64,000 nucleotides of DNA, taken from Octopus sinensis. Taxonomy: Eukaryota. The notes under the pieces were generated by a model. The model was not told where the DNA came from, searched no databases, and was given only the letters and a program-made list of their open reading frames with translations. Both the position numbers and the translations under genes were made by a program. Positions 35,627 through 48,489 of the stretch are shown in pieces (position 1 is the stretch's first letter; every line of letters starts with the position of its first letter). Location of the stretch: positions 806,001 through 870,000 of the forward strand of contig NC_043013.1 in NCBI RefSeq assembly GCF_006345805.1, in the 5' to 3' direction.

Positions 35627-35992
35627 GGTCTGTGTGGTAAGTAGCTTGCTTACCAACCACATGGTTCCGGGTTCAGTCCCACTGCGTGGCACCTTGGGCA
35701 AGTGTCTTCTACTATAGCCTCGGGCTGACCAAAGCCTTGTGAATGGATTTGGTAGACGGAAACTGAAAGAAGCCCGTCATATGTATGTGTGTGTCTGTGT
35801 TTGCCCCCCCTCCCCACATCGCTTGACAACTGATGCTGGTGTGTTTACGTCCCTGTACCTTAGCAGTTCGGCTTAAGAGACCGATAGAATACATACTAGG
35901 CTTACAGAGAATAAGTCCCAGGGTCGATTTGCTCGACTAAAGGCGGTGCTCCAGCATGGCTGCAGTCAAATGACTGAAACGAGTAAAAGAGT
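35627..35992 (+). mobile_element. SINE family A, near full length
   Basis: tgtgtggtaag..gcttgctt.ccaaccacatggttccgggttcagtccc head, core, (TG)n middle, and tail. Confidence 0.85.
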
Positions 35993-37109
35993 GAAAGTGA
36001 ATGAATTGGTTTTTTTTTCTTTTAAATAAAAAAAAAAAAAACCTGGATTGGGGTGGTTTCACCAGGTGTACTGTTGGCAAATTTTGGAAAGCATGAAAGT
36101 TTTGAAAGATGTAGTGTCCCAACAGTTAGCAACTGATGCGAACAGTTTATTCCATGCCTCAACAATTCTGAGCATGAAAAAATGTTTCCGTCGTGAGTGG
36201 CGTGTTGCTTTTTGGTTTTGTAAGCATATGGTATTCTCAATTGAAATCTACTCTACATGATATTGAATGTGTTGATATGAGGAGGAAAAGGAGTGGTGCT
36301 GAAAGAATTACCAGGTTCTTCTAGTCTGGAGAATAGTGTAGTTTAATGTTCAGTTAAACATTTTTGCAGGTGGTAAGCAGGTGCACTGTGACTTCAGAAA
36401 GATATGATATACCATGAAGGGAGGATTGGATTGGCATTATGGAGCTCTGGGAGTCTTCTTTAAATGAATTCGGGTAAACGGTACTTGTAAAGATAGAAGT
36501 ATTTTGATTTCATAGCAGTGGATTTCAGTTTCACATTTTATCTCATTTGAACTATAAATAATTAACTTTTTTTTTAACTCTGCTGGGAACGATACACCTG
36601 AAACAACAGCTCCAACGACAAAATTAATCTTTTGAAAAATGATATAAACATACAACTAACAACAAGATGACCCTTTATTGCATAACTTGACCTGCTGGAA
36701 ATATTAAGTTCTCTCAATGGACATATTAGTGAGTGTAGTCCCTGTTAACACATACACAGGATGGTCATGGCTGGAAAGCATGTTTGATAAAGATCGATCT
36801 GAGGCAAATCAACAACGATGATTATTAATTTTGTTGAAAGCATATTTGTTATTCACATGCCTTTTGAACAGAGATAATTCAAAAGGATCAAAACCATAAT
36901 GAAATGGAGCCAATTAGAAAATATCACCAACTGTGACAATAATATTAACAACATCTGTTGTGCTTAGTTTTCTATGGGACACACATGGTTTCAGCTGTGA
37001 GCTTTCTCACACAAACATCATCAGATTAAGCTTGCAAGCATCATCAGTGATAAGGATTTCGTTTACTTCAGAAGCATTAAGTTAATGGCAGATCAGGGAG
37101 AATAGTAGA

Positions 37110-37325
37110 AATATGGATTTCAAATTGTGACACAAGGCCAGCAATTCCAGGGGAGGAGGGTAATGAATTACATCAACCCCCAGCGCTCAACTGGTACCTA
37201 CTTTATTGACCCTGAAAGGATGAAAGGCAAAGTCGACCTTGACAGAATCTGAACTCAGAACATAAAGATGGATGAAATGTCACCAAGCACTTTGCCTGGC
37301 GTGCTAAGGATTCTGCCAGTTCGGT
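37110..37325 (-). mobile_element. SINE family B
   Basis: Reverse complement of the family B consensus. Confidence 0.75.
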
Positions 37326-38324
37326 GTTTTAAGAAAACAAAACTCCAAAGGGAGAGAGAGAGAGACTGAAAACAGTGGAGTTCTGAGCAGCTGAGCTGTG
37401 CAGCCATGCAAACGGTAGAAATATTGCGAGCATATAATTTGAAATGTGTTTTATGAAGAAAGCAAGGTTGAAAGCTGCCTTTGTCTGTTCATTTGTAAGG
37501 GAGCCACAATGGAGATACAACAGAATGAATTGAAGATCACAGATCTCTCAGATAGATGGAATAGAACTGCTGTTGTTGTTGTTCAGACCATACCAGCCCT
37601 AACCAAACAGACATGGACAAAGGCTTTCCAGTTGTGACCTTCTTGCCTTTTTTTTGTCTTTCCTTTTTTGACAATGTTATATATATCGGATACATTATTC
37701 AATGTGATTCTTTTGGAGGGAGGCTTGGCTGCTATTTCTTAGTTAAGATACCATGTAGAAGCCTCTCTCGAGTTAAATGGATCATGAAATTGTGAAAGAA
37801 TGCAAGAGGTTCTGAGACTAGGCTTTGTTAGAAGATTTAAATTATATGAAATATGTAATTCTGTTGTAATGAATGCCAAGGATCGACACTTAAGAGGCAT
37901 AATCCACATACATTCTATATTGATTCCAGTTTAAATATCTTACTTAAAGCATCTGCCAGTGACTTCATTTTCCAGCTGTTTTTGCAACTTGCATTTAACT
38001 TTTCCTACATTTTTATCACATGTCCAGCAGATCATTAAATTATCAATATGCAGAAAAAAAATATTGTCAAGTCTTAAACTGTAAAAGTTGCTGCAACAGC
38101 AATTATTGTAATACTTGCATGTATTGTGACAAAAATAATTACTTAGAATCTGATTGGTTTTATTTCACTAAAACAATTAAACTTCAGTTTTCAAAGCACG
38201 AGTATGACTATGTCTATTTTTGATTACAGTTGATTAGCTGACAGCTTTCAACTTAATTACAATAATTCATCTGGACTGCTAATAATGACAATGCTTTCAT
38301 AACAACATACAGTAAAGTTATTCA

Positions 38325-38795
38325 AACATGACGTGGCCGATGACAGTGTCTCCTGATTGGCACTCGTGCCAGTGGAACGTTAAAAGCACACGAGAGCGTG
38401 ATCGTTGCCAGGGCCATGGATTGGCTCCCATGCCGGTGACATGTAAAAAACACCATTTGAGTGTGATCGTTGCCAGCATCGCCTTACCGGCACGTGAAAA
38501 ACAACATTTGAGCGTGGTCATCGCCAGTGCCGCCAGACTGGCTCCTGTGCAGGTAGCACGTAAAAAACACCTTTTGAGCATGGTTGTTGCCAGAACTGCC
38601 TGATGCCTTCGTGCCGGTGGCACATAAAAGCATCCACTATACTCTCAGAGTGGTTGGCATTAGGAAGGACATCCAGCTCTAGAAACTCCTGCCAGATCAG
38701 ATTGCGCTTGGTGCATCTTTCTGGCTCACCAATCCTCAGTCAAACCGTCCAACCCATGCCAGCATGGAAAGCAGACGTTAAATGATGATGAAGAT
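38325..38795 (+). mobile_element. RTE 3'UTR fragment
   Basis: Repeated gatcgttgccag..gtgccggtggcac.taaaa units and catggaaagc.gacgttaaatgatgatg tail, as at 15750-16248. Confidence 0.8.
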
Positions 38796-39826
38796 GAAAG
38801 AAGGCTCAGTGTTCATCTAAACTTTCAATTTTGTTGCCTTAAAATTTGTATTATTTGAATTGTTAAGCATTATTTAGAGTAGACACTTTCATGGACTTCC
38901 TTGATCCTCTTCTTCTATTTCCCTCACTTGGTACTCTGTTCCCATCTATCTCCATCATTCACCCTCTCTTACCTTGAGGATATGTCCACACACCTATTCC
39001 AGTCCCTCGATCATAGTCTTGTCTCTCAACTCTTAGTACCTGTCACCTCCCTCGATACTTCACAGCCTCAATCAAGGTGTTTTCCTTTGCAAGCTACTTG
39101 GTAACTCTACTAGTGTCGATGACATGAAAAATAAAGCACCCACTACACTTTGTGAAGTCTCAGAACCATCAGGAAGGGCATCCAGCTGTAGAACCCATGC
39201 CAAAGCCGACACTGGAGCTGGACACAGTCCTCTGACCTGTTGGATCCTGTTAAACTATCCAAGCCATGACGACATGATTATTTTCCTAAATTTTTCATTA
39301 TTTTCAAAATTAATTGAAACAAAGACAGAAATTTGGGACCAAAAGGGTTAATAGGATGGCTAGCTTTTGGTTGAACCTGAAGAGAACTGAATTTACTGGA
39401 GACTTTTACTAAAAAAGAACAGGCAAGAATAGAAGTGAACATTTGAGCTGATTGTATGATGCATTCCTCTTTTATCTTTGTTTATATTTTTTGTCGCTTT
39501 TAAATGTAAGTCGAACAATTTAGATATTTCATTTGAAATGTTATCTGTGCCCTGAGTTGACATTTTGTAAGAAATGGTAGCAGCTGCTGGATAATGGAAT
39601 AACATTTTGTTCCAGCTAGCCTACTCATGTTTTAACTGTAGTCTTGCAGTCTTTTATTGACATGCTCTCAAAATTTCATTACAGTGTGTTACACAATTCC
39701 CATGTTTAAATGACTATGAAAAGATTGCATGGGTTTTCTAAAATTTAGTCTAGAAGCAGTAATCTGCTTCATCTTCAAAGGTTAAAGAGTATTTTAAGAT
39801 ATATATTAACAGGAATTATTTGTGCT

Positions 39827-40185
39827 GTGGCTATGTGGTAAGATGTTTGCTTCCCAACCACATGGTTCCAGGTTCAGTCCCACTGTGTGGCACCTTGGAC
39901 AAGTGTCTTCCACTATAGCCTCGGGCTGACCTAGGCCTTGTGTGTGGATTTGGTAGACAGAAACTGAAAGAAGCCTGTCATAATGTGTGTCTGGGTTTGT
40001 CCCCCACCACCACTTGACAACCAATGTCAGTGTGTTTACATCCCTGTAACTTAGCATTTCAGCAAAAGAGAGTGATGGAATAAATACTAGGCTTCAAAAA
40101 TTAAGTACTGGAGTCAATTTGTTCAACTAAAATTCTTCAAGGGGTTGTTCCAGCATGGCTGTAATGACTAAAACGAGTAAAAGAG
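39827..40185 (+). mobile_element. SINE family A
   Basis: Same head, core and tail as 35627-35992. Confidence 0.85.
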
Positions 40186-40509
40186 AAATGATATTTAAAT
40201 GACTTCTTATCATCATCATCATTTGTAAATGGTTCACGAATTAGATAAACCCTCCTACTTACAATTAACATGGTTAACTTGGCAAAACATATCAGTGGAA
40301 CCGAAAACGATGCTAAAACATGTTATTTAGAATAAACAGTTTTCTAGCTGGATTCTTTTTCGGACTTTTCTCACGTATTTTCCACCATTAAAACATGCTC
40401 TGGTGATTTTAGTTTTGAAGAATTTTTATGAGAAAATTTTTACATAACTGATGGAAACAGCCATAGCAGTTAATTACTTTATTTTCCTGTTTTATAATTT
40501 GTGTATTAA

Positions 40510-40732
40510 CCCTTTTGATACCAACTCAGCTGAGACCACCTCTAGCTCTGTAGTACAAATGTCTTGTTTTCATAAGTTTTGAATTAAAATCTTCCACCAA
40601 ACCTTAGTCACAATTTATATTCCTAACACCAGCTGAATGATAACTGAGTTATTTTGACTAAATTCTTTGTTATATTTAAAATTAATTGAAAGAAACAAAG
40701 AGCATCTCAACAGAAATATGATAACAAAAGGT
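40510..40732 (+). mobile_element. piggyBac-type MITE (TTAA-flanked)
   Basis: TTAA|cccttttgatacca ... ataacaaaagg(t)|TTAA. Confidence 0.75.
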
Positions 40733-40960
40733 TTAAAATATATAATAGAGACACAATTTTTAATCCTTTTGATACCAACCTGGCTGAAACTGCCTCTGGC
40801 TCTGTAGTACAAATGTGTTGTTTCCATAAGTTTTGAATTAAAACCTTCCAGTAAACCATAGTCACAAGGATAAAAGGTAAAGATGACCAAAGCAGTATTG
40901 GAACTCAGAACATAAAGAGCTGGAAGAAGTGCTGCTGAGCATTTTGTTTGATGTCTTTAA

Positions 40961-41176
40961 CTGTTTTGTTACCAACCCGGCTGAAACCACTTCTGGCTCT
41001 GTAGTACAAATGTGTTGTTTCCATAAGTTTTGAATTAAAATCTTCCGCCAAACCTTAGTCACAATTTATGTTCCTAACACTAGCTTAATGATAATTAAGT
41101 TATTTTACTAAATTCTTTGTTATATTTAAAATTAATTGAAAGAAACAGAGAGCATCTCAACATGGTAACAAAAGGG
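40961..41176 (+). mobile_element. piggyBac-type MITE, same family (a partial copy also lies at 40764-40868)
   Basis: TTAA flanks; ends ggtaacaaaaggg|TTAA. Confidence 0.75.
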
Positions 41177-41785
41177 TTAAATTGTTGTTTAGTACCATGT
41201 CATCTCTGAGCAGTCTTGTTGTCAAACATGTTCCATTCATGGCCATCCTGTCTGTTTTGGCAGTGTATAAATCCTACCTAATGTCATCCGGTGTGTTTTT
41301 CCTATTTGGGCATTGAGGGAGATTTGGCTGCTCTTTCTCAAGTGCTGAGTGATTATTTAGCAGCTTGCTTGTTTGACTCAAGTGGTCTGATTAAGTTGAA
41401 TGAAATGCTTTATTTTCAGTTTGCTTATAGATACACTACTGTTTGCATTATATACCCCGTTCCTTCAAATAAATCTCTTTTATCTATTAACTAGATCTTT
41501 TTCAAAGCTATATAGTTTATTTTGGACTTTATAAGCTCTCTTTCTCCCTCTTCTTTCCCACCTTTCTTTCACTCTCTCTCTCTATGCCTGACTTTCTACA
41601 TCTTTCTCTCTATACTTTTTCATCTTTTTTCCTACACTCTTACATATCTGTCTTCAACTCTCTGTATCGCTTTCTTCTCCCACTTTCTTTGTATTCGCCT
41701 CCCATCCTTTCTGTATATCCATGTGTATACGTTTCTGTTACCATTAGAATTATTGTTCTTATCTGTTTTCATTTTCTTTTCCTAG

Positions 41786-41827
41786 GTATACTTCCCCGAT
41801 GTTGAGAGAGCTGAGTGGATTAACCAT
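41786..41827 (+). CDS. Esyt2: E-Syt coding exon 2: VYFPDVERAEWINH
   Basis: ttttcttttcctAG|GTA...CAT|GTaagt. FPDVERAEW(L/I)N is the hallmark start of the E-Syt SMP domain. Confidence 0.95.
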
Positions 41828-42590
41828 GTAAGTATTTAATTGTTTTTTAAACCAGCCTTGTAACCATTGTAAATCTTTTTCTTAAGCTCTGTGCTCTGGG
41901 GCATTCAACTCCTTAACAAACCAATTGAGATAAATTACAAAACTGGAGAAAACTGGTGAGGGTCTGCATCAGTCACAAATAATCCAAAAGGAAGTGTGGT
42001 AGTTAAAATAGATGTAATTACCATGAGGGTAGGGAGAGGTCTGTTAGTTTAGGCTCAGATTCTTCATTGAGGAAAAGCAGAACGTGTTGTGTGCTTCAGG
42101 TGTAAATTACCTGAGTTTGGGTGGCTTTCAGTCCTCAGTTGAAATGTTTCTGTTTACTTTATTAATCCTGTGCGAGGAAAGATCACAGTTTCCAATATTC
42201 TAAATGTGTTGTTTTCTAAGGAAAACATTTCTTGTATCAGAGAATAAAAGGTGATTCCTCAGCAAGTTGGTTTTGATTCTCAGGCAAAACTCTTCCTTTT
42301 GTTTCTCTTCTTTAAATTTGCAGCTTTATGTTTAGGTAAATTGTAATTGATCTTTACATTCTGAATTTGAAAAGGAAATTCTATCTCAATTGTTTATTCT
42401 GTGATGCTTGTCTAAATGTTTTAATTTTGTCTAAACTGTTTATTATTTGAGTAAAGACTGCAATAAGGGGACCACACCTCAGTGGCTGTGTGGCATTTAA
42501 ATCGTTAAGCTTTAATTTTCACAAGTTCTGTGTTATTACATCTCTGAGAATTGTACACCATATCAGCTAAATCATCCCAACTGAAGAACA

Positions 42591-43071
42591 TTATTTACAT
42601 TTGACAGATATTTGTCCTCATTTTGTTTGTTGTTAACACATTTCGGCTGATATATCCTCCTGCCTTCATCGGGTGTCTTGGGGAAATTTTGAACCTGGGT
42701 TCTCATTACTAAGGTTTTTTTGATGTTGTTGTTATTATTATTCAGGTCACTGCCTGGAATTGAATTCGGAATCTTGAGGTTAGTAGCCTGCTCTCTTAAC
42801 CACTACGCCATATGCCTGTGGCATAGTGGTTAAGAGAACAGGCGACTAACCCCAAGATTCTGAGTTCAAATCCAAGCAGTGACCTGAATAATAATAATAA
42901 CAACATCAAAAAATACCTTAGGAATGAGAAGCCAGGTTTGAAATTTCCCCAAGACACCTGATGAAGGCTGGAGGATATATCAGCCGAAATGTGTTAACAA
43001 CAAACAAGATGAGAATAAATATCTGTCAAATGTAAATAATGTACATAATTTCTCATGTCTTAAATATAGAA
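42591..43071. mobile_element. Head-to-head pair of tRNA-headed SINE family C (42591-42823 minus, 42819-43071 plus), each with a degenerate hammerhead
   Basis: A box tggcgtagtgg, B box gagttcaaatcc, (aat)n, then gacac-CTGATGA-a-ggctg...cagcc-GAAA-tgtgtt. Confidence 0.8.
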
Positions 43072-43239
43072 CTGTATGAAGAACACTTCTTAGAATGTAT
43101 GAAATGTCTCTATTTTCAGCTCTGTTTACTTCAAGCAAAAAAAAACCACAAAAAACATGGGAAAGCGGATGTGAAAATAGGAAGAATATATTTGATAGTA
43201 AAATTGTTTTATATTGGTGGCACATAAAAAGAATCTTTT

Positions 43240-43610
43240 GAGTGTTGGGCCTCATGGAGGCAATGTCGCCGATGTTGGTGTCGTGTAACTGGCACCTGTG
43301 GCAGTGGTGTGTAAAAAGCACCTTTTGATAGTGTGGGCCTCACAAAAGCAATGACAAATGACCGAGACCTTTGTCAGTGTGTTGTGAAATTGTAATTGTG
43401 GCAGGTACTGGTGTCTCACAACTGGCACTTGTACCGGTGGCATGTAAAAGCACCCATTACACTCTTGGAGTGGTTGGCATTAGGAAGGGCATCCATCTGT
43501 AGAAACCCTGCCAAATCAGTCAGGAGTCTGGTGCAGCCCCTTCACTTACCAGCCCTGTCAAACTGTCCAAACCATGGACAATGGACATTAAATGATGATG
43601 GTGATGATGA
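43240..43610 (+). mobile_element. RTE 3'-tail-type repeat carrying the motif related to the 33-bp minisatellite
   Basis: ttttgagtgttgggcctcatggaggcaa at 43235-43262; tail matches 9065-9303. Confidence 0.7.
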
Positions 43611-44025
43611 TTGAGAAAAGAAACTACACAATTGAATCTTTAAATGTAACACAGTGGGGAGTTGAGTGATTATTGTTTGGCTATTGGTAAAGCATTTTAA
43701 TCAGCCAAAGGTTCTGTTGTTGTTTGAACCCAGATCAACAAGTTGTGACTGTTCCATTTTTTTAGAGTATCTAGGACTACACTATCTAATGTGTCTGTTT
43801 TTAAACTCTTTAGTGTCTGAATTGAAAGGCATTTGGTTGCAGTTTCTAGCAGATCAAGTGACCACAGCATTTCCCTTGTTGGTTCAAGCTTCCATTGTGA
43901 TGATAGTAACAGGGCTTTCGTTACAGGGTTTTGGTACTTTACATTAGAACAATAGACACAATTCACTTGGGAATGTATTCATCATTAATAACTGACCTTT
44001 TCCTCCTCCTTTTTCTTTTCTGTAG

Positions 44026-44163
44026 ATACTCAGTCAAGTTTGGCCGTATGTTGGTATATATGTCCAGAACTTACTCACCAAAACTGTTGAACCAAAGATC
44101 AAGGAGAATTTACCTGCAGCTTTACAGTCATTTAAATTTGAGAAGATTGATTTGGGTGATATT
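44026..44163 (+). CDS. Esyt2: E-Syt coding exon 3 (SMP domain): ILSQVWPYVGIYVQNLLTKTVEPKIKENLPAALQSFKFEKIDLGDI
   Basis: ctgac branch-like motif, long pyrimidine tract, tgtAG|ATA...ATT|GTaagt; WPY and FKFEKIDLG motifs. Confidence 0.95.
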
Positions 44164-44626
44164 GTAAGTATCTTATTGATTTTTAACGATATTTTTTCAT
44201 TGATCTATTTAAAGAGTGCACAAACACACACACACGCAAAACTACATAGAAATTACATTAAGAATACAGTTTTTGAGTGTGTTATACTTCAAGTTGTTAG
44301 TGTTCTACAACTTTTTCCTTGTTCCTCTCTCCTTTTACTAGTTATCAGTCATTGATTTGCGACCATGCTGGAGCTCTTTTAGTAAAGATTTTAATTGACC
44401 TCATACTATTTCACTCTGGTACTTACTTTATGAAATGGTTCAGTTTTACTCCATTTACGTAGACAGAGATTTACACTGATTTATACACATGTGTAACCAT
44501 ATGAGAATGCTCCGCTTGGTCTGAGGAAGACTATCACTGACTCTTAAAAGACCATGAGATGCCTACATGATGTCTTTTGGTAAATATTGCAAACAAGCCT
44601 TGTATGTGTGCATCAGTATTCTTTAA

Positions 44627-44848
44627 CCATTTTGTTACCATATTTGTGTTGAGATGCTCTGTGTCTCTTTCAATTAATTTTAAATATAACAAAGAATTTA
44701 GTAAAATAACTTAGTTATCATTTAGCTCTGTGTCAGGAACATAAATTGTGACTAAGGTTTGGTGGAAGATTTTAATTCAAAACTAATGAAAACAAGACAT
44801 TTGTTTACAGAGCCAGAGGTGGACTCAGCTGGGTTGGTAACAAAAGGG
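44627..44848 (-). mobile_element. piggyBac-type MITE, inverted copy (another, degenerate copy at about 46886-47105)
   Basis: TTAA on both sides; reverse complement of 40961-41176. Confidence 0.8.
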
Positions 44849-45184
44849 TTAAACAACCAGTTTGGTTTCTGCTGAGAGTACCTGGTGCATATCAGCTTAC
44901 CCTACACTTAGCAATACCTGAGTAAGATTTTAGGCTATGAGGTTTGCATCACACCTCATGGACCCTTTCCATTCTATTGACAAGATATCCAACCTCAATA
45001 AAGGTTGCAGACTTGGGATTATGGGAGAATCATGATCTTCAGCTAGCACTGGAATCCTCCAAAATGGCAAAGACTATCCCTTTAGAAACTATATGAGTAG
45101 GTTTGTGATCAAGGACATTCCATCTTCCTTTCTTGGACTACATTTTCTAATGTGTCTTTCCTGCTTTCTTTTTAAAGATAGTTA

Positions 45185-45786
45185 TTGGGTTGGTGCATAA
45201 TTATTGTGGCTTTTTTCAACAAATTTTATTCAACAAAAGCAATAACATGTAACAAAAACATCTTTAAATGATTATTCTGGAGCATAATCACCATCTACTT
45301 CAATTACTGCTTCCCATTTGCTTGGAAGACAGTCAGACTGTCATTTAAAGATGTTTTTGTTAAATATTATTATTGTTTTTGTTGAATAATTGTTGAATTT
45401 GTTGAATTTTAGAAAATTACTATTTATAAATCTCACAACTAGAGATAATCAACATCAGTACTTTGGAGTAAAGATTGTTTGCCAATTGTTGTCCTGGTTT
45501 AGGATAAATGTTGCTGTAATTTAGCCCCAGGAGACATCATCTCCAGCTGGCTATATGACATGATCTGTGTCCTTATATTTTCGAACAAGGGAATCTAGCA
45601 CCCCCCACTAGGCTCAAAACATAAGGACCCAGATCGTGTTGTATAGCCAGCTGGAGACGATGTCTCCTGGGGCTAAATTACAGCAACATTCATCCTAAAC
45701 CAGGACTGCCATGTTATGTTGGCAAATAATCTTTACTGAATAAAATTTGTTGGAAAAAAAGCCGCAATAATTATGCACCAACCCAA
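45185..45786. mobile_element. Mariner-type MITE
   Basis: TA|ttgggttggtgcataattattg ... caataattatgcaccaacccaa|TA, TIRs about 50 bp. Confidence 0.85.
45491..45706. mobile_element. Near-perfect 216-bp palindromic element nested in the mariner MITE
   Basis: gtcctggtttaggat.aatgttgctgtaatttagccccaggagacatc... mirrored, with a spacer of about 30 nt. Confidence 0.8.
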
Positions 45787-46173
45787 TACTAAGTTTGACT
45801 GGTATTTCTAGCAGGTTGAGTCACTGTATAGAGGCTTCTTCTTGGCTCATTTAGAAGTTTGTAAATATTAGAGATATTATTCTAAAACCAGATTTTATGC
45901 TTCAAGAAAGTTAGCTTTAATAAAATGTTTGATTTCATTAAAAAAGATTAAATTTAATCAGTTCTGTGATTCCAGCACGGAAACCTTTAAATGCTAAACT
46001 GTGATAATGATTAATCAGCGTGTTTGATTAAATATTTGAGTGCTGTCATGACTGCATGATTAAGACATTTGAATTGCACATGTGTGGCTCGGAGTTTAAT
46101 CTCATAGTGTGGCACCTTCAGCAAGTGTTGCTTGTCATGGTCTTGTGAGTGGAATTTACTAGATAAAAAGTTC

Positions 46174-46236
<63 letters not shown>

Positions 46237-47771
46237 ATCTTTCAAGTTATGGACTCTTGAATATACTTCAAAAATTTTCAAAGCTAAAATCATGAGATTT
46301 TTTCAGGCCTCTTTTGCACCTATGCACTCTCTCTTCTATCTGCCACCTTGTCTGTGCATGCACCACTTAAAACTGTCCTTCTGTTGTCATGGATCTCATT
46401 TGCCAGTATCTCATTCAGCAGTTGTCAACCATTCTAATATTCAGGCCAGATCCAAAACCTGAACTCTTTTTTTTAGGGGGCTCTGCACCAAAAAATAAAA
46501 ACCCAAAAGACACAAGTCAATTAACGAAAAATTGATTATATTTATAGTGGGGAGACCATCAAGGGCCACCAGAAGGATGCTTGGGAGCAGCATGTGGCCT
46601 TGGGAGCCACAGTTGAGAATCACTGATCTAGCGGCTCCTTCCTTTTGACCCCTCATCTTGTTTCTGCATGCACTAATTCATCTGACTATGCTCTTGTTAC
46701 TAACTTTAAACAAACACTTTTTTCTCTCCTTAAACTTCTCCATTCCTTTCATTTCTCATTTCACAATAATAAGACAACTTCTTTTTGCTGATGCAGAACA
46801 CCATTGTTTTTCTTGCATTCTGCTGTTTTTTTCTATTTGCTGGGGATTTCAATTATTGCTAGATTTAACTACTAACACTTCAGGCATAATACCAACCTGG
46901 CTGTAACTGCCTCTGGCTCTGTAGTACAAAAGTTCTGAATTGTCTTCAAAAGTTCTGAATTGAAATCCTCCACCAAATCTTAGTCACAATTTATGTTGCT
47001 AACACTAGCTGAATGATAACTAAGTTATTTTACTAAATTCTTTGTTATATTTAAAATTAACTGAAAGAAACACAGAGTACCTCAACAGAAATATGGTAAC
47101 AAGAGTTAATCTTAGTCAAGATGACTGCAAAGAGGCAGTCAGTAAATGGAAGTAAATGCAGTAGTGTGTAAAGGAGTTACATTGTACATTAGACCTCTAA
47201 TGTTTTAAAAGAGGTTTGATGTAGGAGAAAAGCTCAACCATATTGTAAAACTTAAAAGCTTGTAATGTCTACAGTGGGAGCAGCATGTGACAAAGAAGAT
47301 AAAATCAGGTCAAGTAGCTACTCTGTTAAATGCACAGGCATTGTTCTTTTAATAGATCTGAAGTGATGCTTTAAGATGAAACGGCTGTTGTGTTTGTGGA
47401 CTGGCAATGAGGTAGATCTCTGGGGTGCTTCAATTTTAGGATTCTTTGTTTCATGTATTTAGACCACAGCAGAAAACAGTATTTAAAGTGAGGATGGGTG
47501 AAGGTAGAAAAGAGAAGGACAATTGTAGGAACATCTCTAGACCAGAAAGCCCTGAGAATCCCGGAGCATGCCCTGCAGGCCATGTCAACTTTACTGCATA
47601 AGTGAGCACTCTAGCTTAAGTTGTTGTTGACAGTTTTTCCAAGGTCCCCCCTCTGGTGTTTCATACCACAAGGTTTTCACATGAGGGAGTAACGTAGGAT
47701 GGCTTAAGTGCAGCCTCTTTACTGAAGTGGATTAATTCAATTTATCCTCGTTTAGCTGCATATAGGCATTG

Positions 47772-48468
47772 GCATGGCTGTGTGGTAAGGAGCTTGCTTC
47801 CCAACTACATGGTTCTGGGTTCAGTCCTGCATGCCACCTTGAGTGAGTGTCTCTTACTGTAGCCTCAGGCTGACCAAAGCCTTGTGAGTGGATTTCGTAG
47901 ATGGAAACTGAAAGAAGCCTCTGTGTGTACTTCAGTCAAATGAAGTCATTGTTGTGGCCAATGCCAGTACCACCTGACTGGCACTTGTGCCTGTGGCATG
48001 TAAAAGTCACCATTTGAGCATGGTTGATGCCAGTGCCACCTGACTGGTCCTGTGCCTGTGGCACATAAAAAGCACCCACTATACTCTCAGAGTGGTTGGC
48101 ATTAGAAGGGCATTCATATGTAGAAACCTTGCTAGATCAGATTGGAGTCTGGTGCAGCCTTCTGGCTTGCCAGTTCTCAGTCAAACCGTCCAACCCATGC
48201 CAGCATGGAAAGTGGACGTTAAACGACGATGATGATGATGTGTTTCTTTGTGTCTGTTTGTCCTCCCCACCACCACTTGACAACCGGTGCTGATGTGTTT
48301 AGATCCCTATAACTTAGCGATTCAGCAAAAGAGACCGATAGGATATGTACTCGGCTCTTACAAAAAAAAAAAAGAAAATAAGATCTGTAGTTAATTCCTT
48401 TGACTAAAAATTCTTCACTGTGGTGCCCCAGCATGACCACAGTCTAATGACTGAAACAAGTAAAAGAA
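47772..48468 (+). mobile_element. SINE family A with an RTE 3' fragment (about 47950-48240) inserted in its (TG)n middle
   Basis: Order is head/core, then RTE tail ending (gat)n, then the SINE 3' half. Confidence 0.75.
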
Positions 48469-48489
48469 TATTGTTTTTTTTTTTTCTTT

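Noticed and set aside
38020-38223. Cys-rich 67-aa ORF in E-Syt intron 1
   Set aside because: No zinc-finger spacing or splice support; consistent with chance in AT-rich DNA.
42819-42885. tRNA gene
   Set aside because: A/B boxes are present, but there is no proper acceptor stem and it continues into a SINE body; it is a tRNA-derived SINE head.
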